Assembly (NCBI RefSeq): GCF_009914755.1
Contig: NC_060939.1
Direction: 5' to 3' (one strand)
From: the human T2T-CHM13v2.0 reference genome, Homo sapiens
DNA: 64,000 bases
The number at the start of each line of letters is the position of its first letter. The stretch's first letter is position 1. Of this stretch, positions 1 through 19,830 are shown piece by piece. A program made the position numbers and the translations under genes. A model generated the notes under the pieces. The model searched no databases. It was not told where the DNA came from and saw nothing but the letters and a program-made list of their open reading frames with translations.

Positions 1-169
1 TGGCGTCAACCAGGTTCTTTAGCTGTGAATGGGCCTGGGAGACCCACCCAGGGGGTACGCGGTGCGGGGAGCAAGCTGAGAGCTGGAACGTGGTATCTTC
101 CCTATCCCTCTTACCGTCCCCTCCCAGAGGATAAACCTAGGCCTGGAGTCCGAAGCCCAGGCTGCTATT

Positions 170-1560
<1,391 letters not shown>

Positions 1561-4500
1561 CAGCCAAGGGACCACGATTCGCCGGGGGGCTGGGGGTTTG
1601 CTGCCCAGGACCGTGCTGCACCAGGGCCCTGAGCCGTAGGGGGATGGGGGGAGGGGTGGGGAGATCCCGGCACCAAACCCTTCTGCGCCGCTCGCTCTGG
1701 TGTATCCTACATGCAGGGGTGACTGGGGCTTTCCCCCAAGACTCAGGGGAAGGATGGAGCTGTAGGGGCTCTTTTTAAGTAAGCTGAAGCTCTCGAAAGG
1801 AGGAGGGCACCAAAAGTAGTGGAGCTCAGGTACGTCAACCTAGTTGCAGTGGCCAGAGATGCATTAAATTTCTAGATCCCTGTATATAGTTGTTGACATA
1901 TGCACTAGAAGCTATAATCACATAGAATTCTATGTATATCCTCCCACACCCTGGGTAGCTACTGACTGAAGGGGTCAAGCAAGGGCTATTTGCTGTCCCC
2001 CAAAAAGTACACCTGGCCAGAAGGGCACAAACACGGCTTCTTAAATCACTCACTTTCTCCTGTTCCCCTCCTGTTTCTGAAATATAAGTTTATGACGTTC
2101 TTTCACAAAAGAGTATAATCATTCTTAGACTGTTGACATGGCTGTGGAAAGCCTTAGGAGAAGTAGAAACAATTTAGGGAGGGTGGGGAATGTACTCATC
2201 CCCTCTTCTTTCCATCCTAGTGCCCCCACCAAAGAGGCTTCTTGTTGCAGCCCTCAGTATCTGGATATGGGCCAGGGAGGAAGGAAGGGAAAGAGCAATG
2301 CTGCTGTGCTTCAATCCTGGCCTTCCCCTCACAGAATTCTTTTAGGAAGAGCAAGCTTTTGTAAGTAGAGTGGCAAGTGTTTTTATCTTTTTTTTTTTCC
2401 TGCTCCTCAAAATGTTGTCTTGTTCCGGCAATCACTTTTGCCTTCCCTCTTTCCTGAGCCTGTAGTGACAAAGCCCGGCGATTTGGGATGAAATCTGTTG
2501 TAACACCAGAGCTTTGATTACACATCCTCTGGTTTTGAGTTATTCTACAGAATCAGAAAGGCTGGAAGGTGGGCTTCACACTCAGGATTGTGCTTTGAGA
2601 ACCAGCTAATAGACCAGCCGAGGGAAGGTTGAATTGGCTGTCTTTACTTTTCCCGATAAGCCCTACTTAAATGCAGCCTGTAATTGTATAAAGGAGATGA
2701 GAAACATCAAGAGAAATGACATACATGTAGCTCTGGGGTAGCAAGAACTAGACTTCCTCAATTTGGATTCCATTTCCTTCTGCCATTTGCTTTTAGGCAA
2801 TTGAGTGTGGGTAGTGATGAGATATCAAATCCCTTAGTGTTTCCATTTTGGGAAATGAGGCACTATTTTTTTTTTTAAAAGACAACTTACCCACCTGAGT
2901 CCTGAAACAGTTTGTCTCTCCAGTTTTCTGGCCTATACTCTAGTTAGCTCTGATCCAAGTTTACAGGACAACAGCCTTGCTTTAAGCCATGTCCTGTTGT
3001 GGGCACGATAATAGCAACTGAGCTGTCACAGCCTACCAGCAGGCTGGTAACACCTCCAGGGTCTCTTGGCTAGAGCAGATTTCTTAGCAGCTGACTAGGA
3101 CTTCAGTCATTGGGAAGCCTATGAGGCCTTTACATTTTTGGTGTGAGATGGGGAAGAAACATAAAATGCCACTTTACAACTTCAATAATAGCCTGTAATT
3201 TATATTTACTGTGTGAATTTTTAGTCCTATATTTTAATAATTTGTAAATTGATCTCTTATTCCAAGAATCCTTTGAACTTGTAGAACATCTGGGAGTCCA
3301 CTTCCCTGTCCTCTTCCTGATCCCTGCTTTCTGGACTGTTTAAATCCTCTTTGGGATGGATCAGAGAGTCTAGAGAGGCCACTCATAGGTCCAGCTGCTG
3401 GCCTCCTGACTCTCCAAAGCCTTCACTGGAATTGGGACATTTGCTCCAGCCCTAGCTGTGAACATGACCAGAGACATTATTTATAATTCAGCCATTTAAG
3501 ATATACCTGTACTCAAAAAGTCCTGTATATTTTTAAAAAGTTTTATTTTTCAGGTGAACAAAAATACATCCTAAGAACTCTGCCTAAGCCTGTGTAAGTT
3601 GATCATTTCTCTTACTGTGCTTCGTGGGGACGGAGTAGAGGTTGGAAGAGTAAGTGGTCTGAGGTGTGATGGATGGATGGTGATGAATAGGTTGAGGAGG
3701 AAAAAGCAATTGCCCTGCTGTTCTCAGTGCCTGATGGCTTGAATGAATTGATTAGCGAAGGGCGGCAGAATCCATCTTAGTCGGGAAGCAATCCCGGGGT
3801 GGAAGAACAGTGATCTCTAGCTCAGCCACCTTTTGCCAACCTTAAACAGGCTGAGAAAAAGTTGTGCTTTACCAGAGCAGATGCCTAGCTGACAAAGCTA
3901 AGGGACCAGTAAGCATGAATATTAAGATTTACTGCAAACATTTAGCTGGCTAAGCACTGAGGTGAGGATAAGCTGCCTGATAGCATCACTGTCCTCACCT
4001 TTCAACCATTGGCCTCTAGATAACTCAAGAAGTGCTAACACCAGAAAGGCAAGTGTACATCTGTGGTGCTTGGTCAGAGCTTTGTCTACCATGGAGGAGG
4101 TAAATGGCTGAGAGGTTTAGGTTGCTTCAAAGGTGAGGTTTTTTTCTTCCCTTCAAGCAAACAAAAAAGACATGTGGGTGAAAGGCACAAATATAAGGGA
4201 TTAGTTATGCTGCAAAATATATGGTAAGCAATTGAGCTCAGCTCATTATTAGACAATACTGCCCGGTACAAATCCGGAGTGAGAAGCCAGTGTTGGTGGG
4301 GCCCCCTGAGGCCTGCACTTCAGCAGAGCCGTTGGGGGGTAGCTACTGTTCTTTTACATTACCTTGTAGTCTGCAGGGAGGCATGGAAAAAGTCTGCCCT
4401 TCTTTTATTTCCCTCTTCAGCCTACACAATGGCTTTCTGAGAGAGGGCTTGGTAAGGTAGAGCAGAAGGGGAGTGAAAGAGTTTCCAAGGCTCTTTTGGT

Positions 4501-6827
4501 CGGCCCCTCCTTTTTGCAGACAGTGACATGTGGCTTCTACAGCTGCCCACGGCGGCTTCACATGTTGGGCACATACAGCAATATGTACAGTGGGAGCCTG
4601 CTAGCCGACGAGACAGGGCCTGGTTGGCTGAGGAGCAGTGGTCTGAATAGCTTTATTTCCAAGGGTTAGAAATCAGCTGCAAAATTGTCCATCAAGTTTT
4701 AAGCCAGGAAGGAGAGATCTGTGCAGAGGGGGTTACTTTCCTTCAAAGGCTTTGCACCGGGACTACCAGGACCCTTTCTAGGTGTTTGCTTATATTAGAA
4801 GTTAACGGTGTGCATTCATTTATTCCCTGACGGCCTGAACTTGAAGAAAGAGATAAGCCTGTTTTGAAAGTGAAGTTTTGGGGGGTGGAGGATCAGGGAA
4901 GGAACCCATTAGGCTGAGTTTGTGAGGGTATCTTCACTTTCCCCATTAATGTTAAGGTACAATGAAGTGTTTCTCTGAGGTTTTAAGCATAAGAAATATT
5001 TCTCTTCCTAACAGCCCTAGATTTCCACATGGTATGAGACCATGTTTTGGAAGCTTTTCTGTCTACCTTGTTTTTTCAGTTTTCACTGGGGAATTCTGAG
5101 ATAGCGTGTTCTTTCGTGGAGTATTTATATCCTGTCTTGAAATGCTGAATGCATAGCATCTACTTGTTTCTACATGTTTCTTTAAGGAGAGCTGAAAGGT
5201 CAGGTCACAAGCTTTAGGACTACCACAGCTATGTAAAAGGGGTAATAATTGTCCTCTCTTTCCTGTCTACAGAGAATGGAGGTATTTCTGGAATTTCAGT
5301 TCAGTAACAAAAGGGCCACAGCTATACTTTTCGTTTTCCATCTCCCTCAGTGGAAGGAGAAACTGCAGTGGCTTTGCCTGTTTCTCATGACCAGTACTCA
5401 CTCAGTGCCTGGCAGTGGGTACTCAGAATTTGTTGATCTCTGAGTTGATCAGCACCCAGTGGGTGCTGGGTGCTGATGGAATCAGCCTTAGTGTCATTGT
5501 GGTGTCCCTGTCATAATCTACTTGCATACCCGTATCCACAGCCCATAATCTGGTTCAAGGAGGTGGGTTGCTAAAGAAAACCCCTGCAAATCATAGCTGC
5601 ACTGATCTCTCTAGCCTCAGTTTTTTTATTTCCAAGTTGAAGGACTCGGCCTTGGCCTTCCTGTTCTTTCCGGGTGCCGCAAGTCCACAGTGGTATTCCA
5701 TATGGTGCTTAACGGACACACCATAGGATATGTGATCCATTCATTGTCTCCTAGGTCCCAGCCCTGCAGCCTCATGTTAAGCTATAAAAATATCTGCTCT
5801 GTCGACAGTTTTTTTGGTTACCTCTGTTTTACTTGCTGACATAGCCTGTGGTTTTCTGCTGCCAGAAAGCCTGTGTTATGCTTTTTGTCCCCTCCAGTAG
5901 CTAACTGAAAAAGCAAACAAACTTCTCTTTACCCCTCACCTAGACTCTACCAGGCTTTCCACCCTAAATGCAGAAATACCCAGCATGGGAGCCACCTGGT
6001 CAGTGCTCCTCACTGGATCCTGTGCCCCATTCAATTCTATAAACATTTGTTAAGCTACCACTAAAGGACCAGAAAATCACTCTCAAGGAATTTACAGTCA
6101 TGCCCGCAAGTCTCCCCTTGTCAAACTATCCTGTTTTCTTAACTTCAGTATTCTGTTTTTGCAATAGCTTATCAGTTAAATAGCAATAAGATTTTAGCCA
6201 ATATCCTTAGGGATATTTTCCACAAACCATTACCTTTAATTCAAGAACTTTAGTTTAGTTTAGGTCTTTATTTGGTGTCTACAGTGTGCTAAGTAAGCCT
6301 CAAAACTCCAAAAACCAACTTGTCCAAAAAAAAGCAATTGCATTGATTACCAAGGATTTCCTTTGACATACATATACCTTTCTCTGCTACCTCAGTGTTC
6401 AGAGTCATTAGTTGAGGTCTCCCCACACTTGTGTCCTGGAGGCCCACCTGCTCCCTCAGCTCCTTGCTGGTATCCTGGATGGTGTAGAGTCACAGCAGTC
6501 AGGCTTAGAGGTATAGACAGCTCACGGCATCACAAGGCCCTGGGCAGGGAGACTGTGTGTTCTTGGGAGGGACCCCTGAACTGGAAGATGGGAAGCCTGG
6601 GGACTCAACAATGGCATTAGTTAAGGCCCTTGACCTCTCTCTTTTCTGCTAACCAAATGGGAATTCCTGAGAGCAAATGGAGGTTATAGATATGAAAGGG
6701 CTTTGAGATCTTGGGAGTAAAAGTACAACGTGTACACATGAAGTAATATATTTTCAAGGGAATGTCTGTCCCTTGGGCAATATGATGCACAGAAAGAAAT
6801 GTGAAGGGGTAGGTGGTAAACATTACA

Positions 6828-6996
6828 CCAGTGTCTAGACTAGCAGCATCAGTGTCACCCGGGAATGTGTTAGAACAATGACAGCTTAGGCCGCATCCCA
6901 GACCAACTGAAGAAGAAATTCAGAAAGCGAAGCCCGGCATTCTGTTTTAACCAGCCTTCCAGGTGATGCTGATGCACACTGAAGTCAGAACCACTG
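6828..6996. mobile_element. MER5A-like hAT-Charlie DNA transposon fossil
   Basis: Diagnostic segments agcagcatcag..cacc.ggga, cccagacc.actgaa and ttttaacc.gcc.tccaggtgat.ctgatgcac...agaaccactg. Confidence 0.7.
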
Positions 6997-8339
6997 GCCC
7001 ACCCTTTTCCTCTGATGCTGTAACTTAGGGGTAGGGTATTTCTGTTTTGACAGATGGTCATCGAGGTGCCTTTTGACCCTTTCTCTTGGTTAAAGACAGC
7101 AGTCCTGCTGGGGGAAGAGGAAATAGTGTCCCTAGTGCTTATAAGAAAAGGGAAAAAGGCTGCATTGTCCATTATTTTTGACAGTTGCCACAGAACTTGC
7201 CCTGGAGAGCTTGTTAAAAAGGAGGCAGCCCTGAACGAGTCCCCTCCCTCTCCCGCGAAGGTACTGCTGTGTTTGCCTCACCTCCTGCCCTGAGGCCTGC
7301 TGCTTCTTGAGCCAGTCCTTAAAAGGAGCAGTGGGTGCCACATTTGTTCTTTCTGGTGCCAGGTCTGTGCTATTTCACTTCCCCGGCGTCAAGTGGGTGC
7401 TTAATGAGCAGCTGTGACGTAAGGCCCAGCAGACTTGAGAGAAAGCAGCTGCAGTCCATGCTTTCTGCTGGCTGCTCTCCTTCCCTCTCCCAGCCTTGAG
7501 TTCTCCCACTTTGGTGGGGTTGTGGTCAACCCCTGTCAACCCTTCCTCATGAGCCCTGATAACCCTTGCTCAGAGATGTGTGTGGGGTGTGTGGACATGG
7601 ATAAGTGACTCAAGATGGAAGTGACATGGTGTCTAGTTCTATTCCCTTGGCCCCTCCCCTTGATTTAGTCCCTAAAATAAGAAAATGTGGCTGTATTAGG
7701 ATTTTTGACAGTTCCTTCTTGTTTTGGGGGGTGAGTGCGATCTTTTCCTGTTGTTCTCGTCCCTGACAGGGTCGGGGCTGGAGGTGACTGTGGTGCAACC
7801 TTCCAAACTTGTGCCTTGTTAGATAAGCTAAGCTCTCCTGCTTCCAAGGATCCCCAGTTCCTGTCCCTTGACCATAGCAAACGCTAGTCATGCTGCTCCT
7901 TTGGGTGACAAAACAACTCTGGGACACACAGAGCAAACTCCTCAAGGGGGTTTGTTTCTGGGGAAAATAAGCAGAAAACTGTGATGTGAGTGTGAGATTG
8001 CTATTGAGGTAGACAGAAGAGAGGAGGAACCCCTGTGAGCTGCAAGCGCAGCGCAGCGTGCAGGGTGAAGGGGGGTAAGTGTGATGGAGCCAGTAGGGGA
8101 GGTCAAAGAACACTCCTTGGTAAAGCAGGGGCACTGCTCGAGGCTGAGACTCCACTGGACCCCCATGGGACTGAAGGAAGCTCACCTGGTGGGCCGGATA
8201 ATCTTTACAGACGGTTCCTTGTTTCTCTGAAAGTGCATTGAGTGCCCCCACCCCCCGCCCCTCCAGCAAAGATGAGGCTAGAAGAGAAGGTAAGGAAAAG
8301 ATAGAAAACAAAGTAGACAGAGATCACACCAAATCGCTA

Positions 8340-8400
8340 CTTCATTTATTCAACAAGTATTTACTGAGTGCCTTCTGTGTGCCACGCTACTGTTAAGACA
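8340..8400. mobile_element. L2 3'-end fragment carrying the probable CCDC9B poly(A) signal (AATAAA on - strand, 8345-8350)
   Basis: ttcatttattcaacaagtatttactgagtgcc.tctgtgtgcca is the typical L2 terminus; a GU/U-rich element follows on the - strand. Confidence 0.65.
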
Positions 8401-8440
8401 GAGTCCAACTCCAACTGCGGGCAGGTATGTTTTCCATACT

Positions 8441-8520
8441 CTCCCCATCCAGGTACTAACCAGGCCTGACCCTGCTTAGCTTACGAGATTAGGCACGTTC
8501 AGGGTGGTATGGCCGTAGAC
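8441..8520 (-). pseudogene. 5S rRNA pseudogene, 3'-truncated, with a 10-nt internal deletion
   Basis: Reverse complement reads GTCTACGGCCATACCACCCTGAACGTGCCTAATCTCGTAAGCTAAGCAGGGTCAGGCCTGGTTAGTACCTGGATGGGGAG, matching human 5S rRNA nt 1-~90 minus one GATCTCG repeat. Confidence 0.93.
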
Positions 8521-8529
8521 TATTTTGGA

Positions 8530-8700
8530 TACCCTTATCTTTAATTTTCTCAGCAACCCTTCAAAACAGGTATCACAAGCCTCATTTTGCAGATAAGGAG
8601 ACTGAGGCTTTTAGAGGCTAAAATTGACCCAGGTCACCCGGCTGACAGATGGCAGGCCTAGGGTTCTGATTCAGTCCATTGGATTCCAAGGCCTGTGCTT
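8530..8700 (-). mobile_element. MIR fragment
   Basis: MIR core cattttgcagataaggagactgaggct...ttgacccaggtcac. Confidence 0.6.
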
Positions 8701-10157
8701 GTTCCACCCGGCCACACTGCCTGTCATCAAAACACATGTCTTTCTTGCAGGCTGGTCTATTGCATTTCCGTCCCGCCATCTGTCAAAAATGGGCCTGGGA
8801 CGGAGAGGCCTCTGCCTATTCTGCCCTCCTTGTTTCGAGACCTTAGGTAAAGCCAGCATCTCCCTACCAGCTCCTCCCTCCTCCTGTGTGCCCTCCTTTT
8901 TCCAGGCCCCCAGCCCTGTGCCTGGGCTCCTGGCAGCTGTGTTTCATGAAGACCCTCCACCTTTGAAGAGCAGTCTTTTCTGTTGGTTGGAGAAGAGAAA
9001 GACACCCAAAAGGAAGGCTCCCAGCCAGGCCTTTAAACAAAGGAGCCAGGAAGAGGTAGAACCAGCTTCCCATGATGCCAAGCTCTGTGGAGGGGTGTCT
9101 TATTGCGCCTCCCTCCCACTCCATGGCTGCTTCCATCCTACAGCAGGAGGGGTGGCAACCATCCGGACTGATAGCCGGGGGTTACCACCATAACTACCAC
9201 TTCCTTATCTTGAAGAAGAGCTCTCCTTTTTTGAAAAGAGCTCAATGTTACCTGCCTACACTACCATCTTCCTGCAATGAAGAGGTCCTGTGCCAGTCTC
9301 TGTTCCCTCCAATGTCTATAACTCCTGTGATATTCCTCCTCCTGACATCCTTCTGGACGTCATCCATGGAGACAAGCCCTACTTCCCCACAGCCCTTCTG
9401 CCCAGCCTTCTCTCCTGCTTCAGTCCCATTGTGAGGGCTGAACCGGAGCTCTGCCTGCTTCCTACATCCTCATTCCAGGGTCAGACGAGCCTGGCATATG
9501 CCCCTTCGTGGAGGCGCAGCTGTACAGTTGGCAGCACTGGGTTGGGGAGCAGACTGTGAATCTTATAATTCAGATTCTTGATCACAATCATTTTTGGAGA
9601 CATCTGCCTGATGTCTCCAAAATCTAAGGGCTTTGCCTGAACCTCCTCTACCCCTAGCCCCGTCCTTTGGGAGTCATGGATTCCTAGGCCAGTGTCACAC
9701 TCCAAAGCCATGTTCTTGTGACTAGAAGGCAAGAGAAAAACTTGAGCTTGGAGTCTTTGCCCTGGCATAGGTGTGTCTCACATACATAGGAATGTTTCCA
9801 AGCCTTTCCAAAATTCCTCTGATCAACCCCACACCAAATGCCTCTGCCCCCTTCACTCCATCCCATCCCTGACCAGCTCTCCCACTGCACTACTAGAAGT
9901 TGACACCACCCACTCACTGCCTTCCAAAGCATCTTCCCCAAGTCTCCCACCCAACTCTGCAGCCAGGAAGCCCCCACCACCTGACAGGGGTAGCACTCCC
10001 CCATCCCCTACATAGCCAGCCACCAACCTTTAGAGTCTAGAGTCTGTCTTCACCCCCAGCCCTTCATATATTCTAGTCCAAACCCTTAACTACTCAAAAC
10101 CATGGTCCAGGAACCAGCATGGGCTTCACCTGAAGCCTCTTAGAAATACGAATTCTC

Positions 10158-10460
10158 GGCCAGGTGTGGTGGCTCATGCCTGTAATCCCAGCAGTTTAGG
10201 AGGCCAAGGCGAGCAGATTGCTTGAGCCCAGGAGTTGGAGACCAGCCTGGGCAACATGGTGAAACCCTGCCTCTACAAAAAATACAAAAATTAGCCAGGT
10301 GTGGTGGCACACCTGTAGTCCCGGCTACTCAAGAGGTTGATGTGAGAGGATCGCCTGAGCCTGGAGGGTTCGAGGCTGCAGTGAGCCATGATTGTGCCAC
10401 TGCACTCCAGCCTAGGTGATAACAGCAGGACCCTAACTAAAAAAAAAAAAAAAAAAAAAA
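10158..10460 (+). mobile_element. AluJ inserted into a MER5-like element; antisense within the inferred CCDC9B 3' UTR
   Basis: Full dimer with A tail, degenerate TSD (acgaattctc / acgaactctc), MER5-like flanks. Confidence 0.9.
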
Positions 10461-10572
10461 GACGAACTCTCAGGCCCTCCCCAGACCATTAGAATCTGCA
10501 TGACTCTTCAGTTAAAGTATGAGAGACACTTCTCAAAACAGTCTGGTCTGCTAAAGAGATGCCCCTCACCTT

Positions 10573-10745
10573 CCTGAATAGAGGGGTGGGGTGGAGTTGA
10601 GAGCCAGTGAGGAAGGCTGAGCTGGGACCCCACAGTTTAGGCTTCACATTGGGCAGTGGAGAAATCCCAGGGTGATCTGGACTCTCCCTAGAGCCCCACA
10701 GCCTTCAGCAGAGAGCAGCAGCCATGGCAGGACCAGAAGGAGGGG
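10573..10745 (+). repeat. ~170-bp local direct duplication, copy 1 (copy 2 at 12760-12935)
   Basis: cctgaatagaggggtggggtggagttgagagccagtgaggaaggctgagctgggacccca...gcagccatggcaggaccaga occurs twice with few differences. Confidence 0.9.
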
Positions 10746-12029
10746 GCAGAGGGGACCATGCGGTGAGGTCCACACTAGGGCTCAGGAGCAGAAGGCACAC
10801 ATAACAAGAAAGAAGGGCACTTGCTTCTGCCAGGCAGAGGTGGGAGGGTCCCCTGGGGCTCCTACCGCCATCCTGCCCCCAGCCCTGTAGGGCACCTGTG
10901 GCCCAGAACAGCTCCCGCCCAGAACAGCCCAGATCTGCCGGATGACTGGCTTTCTTCCCTCCCTCCTGCTGGCAGTCTCCGTCGCCTACCGGCTGGATTA
11001 CTGGTAGTGGGTGCTCAGGAAATGTTTGTTGAACTGAGAGGAAGCCACAGCTTGTGCGGAGTCCGGATAATTCAGCAGACGTGGGCCTCAGGGGAGGGGC
11101 GGGGATGGAGGCTTAGTAGGAAAGACAAGTCCTGATGTCATACTTAGCTGGAAGTTGTTTCTCTGTCTGTGGAGTAGCTGTCTGATTCTTGCCTTGGCCT
11201 GGCCCTGGTGCTAGTGCAGGACGGTGGGGAAAGAGGAAGTGGAAAGAGCAGGAAATGACCCTGGGCTGCAGGGCCAGGCCCTTGCCTACATTCAGGGTGC
11301 ACGTGATGTCTGACCTGGGTGTGGGGGCCTGGGAGTAAGCTCTCCCATCCTGCTGTGGGAAGAGGAGGTTGTCGCTCCCCATCCCAACCCATTTCAGAGA
11401 GGAGGACTTTCCAGAGATCCTCCTTTTCACCAAGAAGACGTGAGCTCTACTCTTCTTTGCCCAGGCCAGACCCTGCCAGCTGTGTGGCCTCTCCTCCTCC
11501 AGGCCTCAGCCACCACTCAGGAGAGGCAGGAGGCTGGCGCATGGTTACTGGGATTCCCCTGGTTGGGCATCCTGGGAATCTGGGACTGGGGGAATCCAGC
11601 CCAGGCAAGAGGTGAAAGCCTGCAGCTGGAGAGGGAGGCCAGGCCCTGGGGGGGTGACGGGGAGCCAGGAGAGCCAGGTGCTGGGTGCCACCAAGCCTTG
11701 TTCTCTCATCATAGTGGAGAAGGCTTGTGGCCTGGGCAGCAGTAGGCCCAGGTCAGGGTGCACCAGCCTCAGATGCCAGATACTAGTACAGGAATACACC
11801 AGGGGCTGTGCCCGTGCGTGAAAACACACATGTGCACAGAGATGAGCGTGTGAGGTGCAGGGAGGCCACTCCTTGCCCTCACAAGGTCGCCATGCTGGAG
11901 AGTTTGCCACACTGCTCAGTGACAATGGCGCAAGCCACCGGCAACCACATGGCCATCACGCGGAGGGCCTTTAACAGAGTGATTCCCTTTTCCTCTCCCC
12001 GGGGACTCCCCAGCTCCCAGGAGCTGTGT

Positions 12030-17823
<5,794 letters not shown>

Positions 17824-18296
17824 GTTGTGATTACAAAAGACTCCTCTGGGCTCCCAGCCAGGAACGTCGGGCCGCCACCCCCACCCTTCCACTCTCAGAG
17901 GGCGAGGACCAGGGCACTGGCAGCTGGCTGGTCCTGCCTAGCACCTCTCCCTGCCCCACCCCAGCGTCCCCAGACAGACTGGTAGGGACTTCTCCCTGGT
18001 GGGTCAAGCCTACACAGGAGGCCTGGCTGCCTAGGCCCCAGCAGGACCCCAGCCTGGGCCTGCCTGCAGACAAGATGGGCAGCCAGCGTAGGCCTCTGTG
18101 CCTCCCATGAGTAGAAAAAGGCCTACAGCACACAGATGCGCCTGCCCTCTCCTGCTCCTTCTCCTCATCAGCCTTGGTTTAAGTAATTCAAAGGGATCAA
18201 GAAGCTCACCTCCCCTAGACTACCAAGTACTACCACATCCCTAAAATGACAACAATAGTCATTCATTCTTTTAGGTTGGACATTGTCTTCTCTGTG

Positions 18297-19830
<1,534 letters not shown>

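Noticed and set aside
8441-8520. Functional 5S rRNA gene
   Set aside because: Internal deletion, missing 3' ~30 nt and terminator, solitary copy.
7610-9193. 233-aa and 189-aa ORFs
   Set aside because: Non-ATG starts, MIR overlap and no family resemblance.
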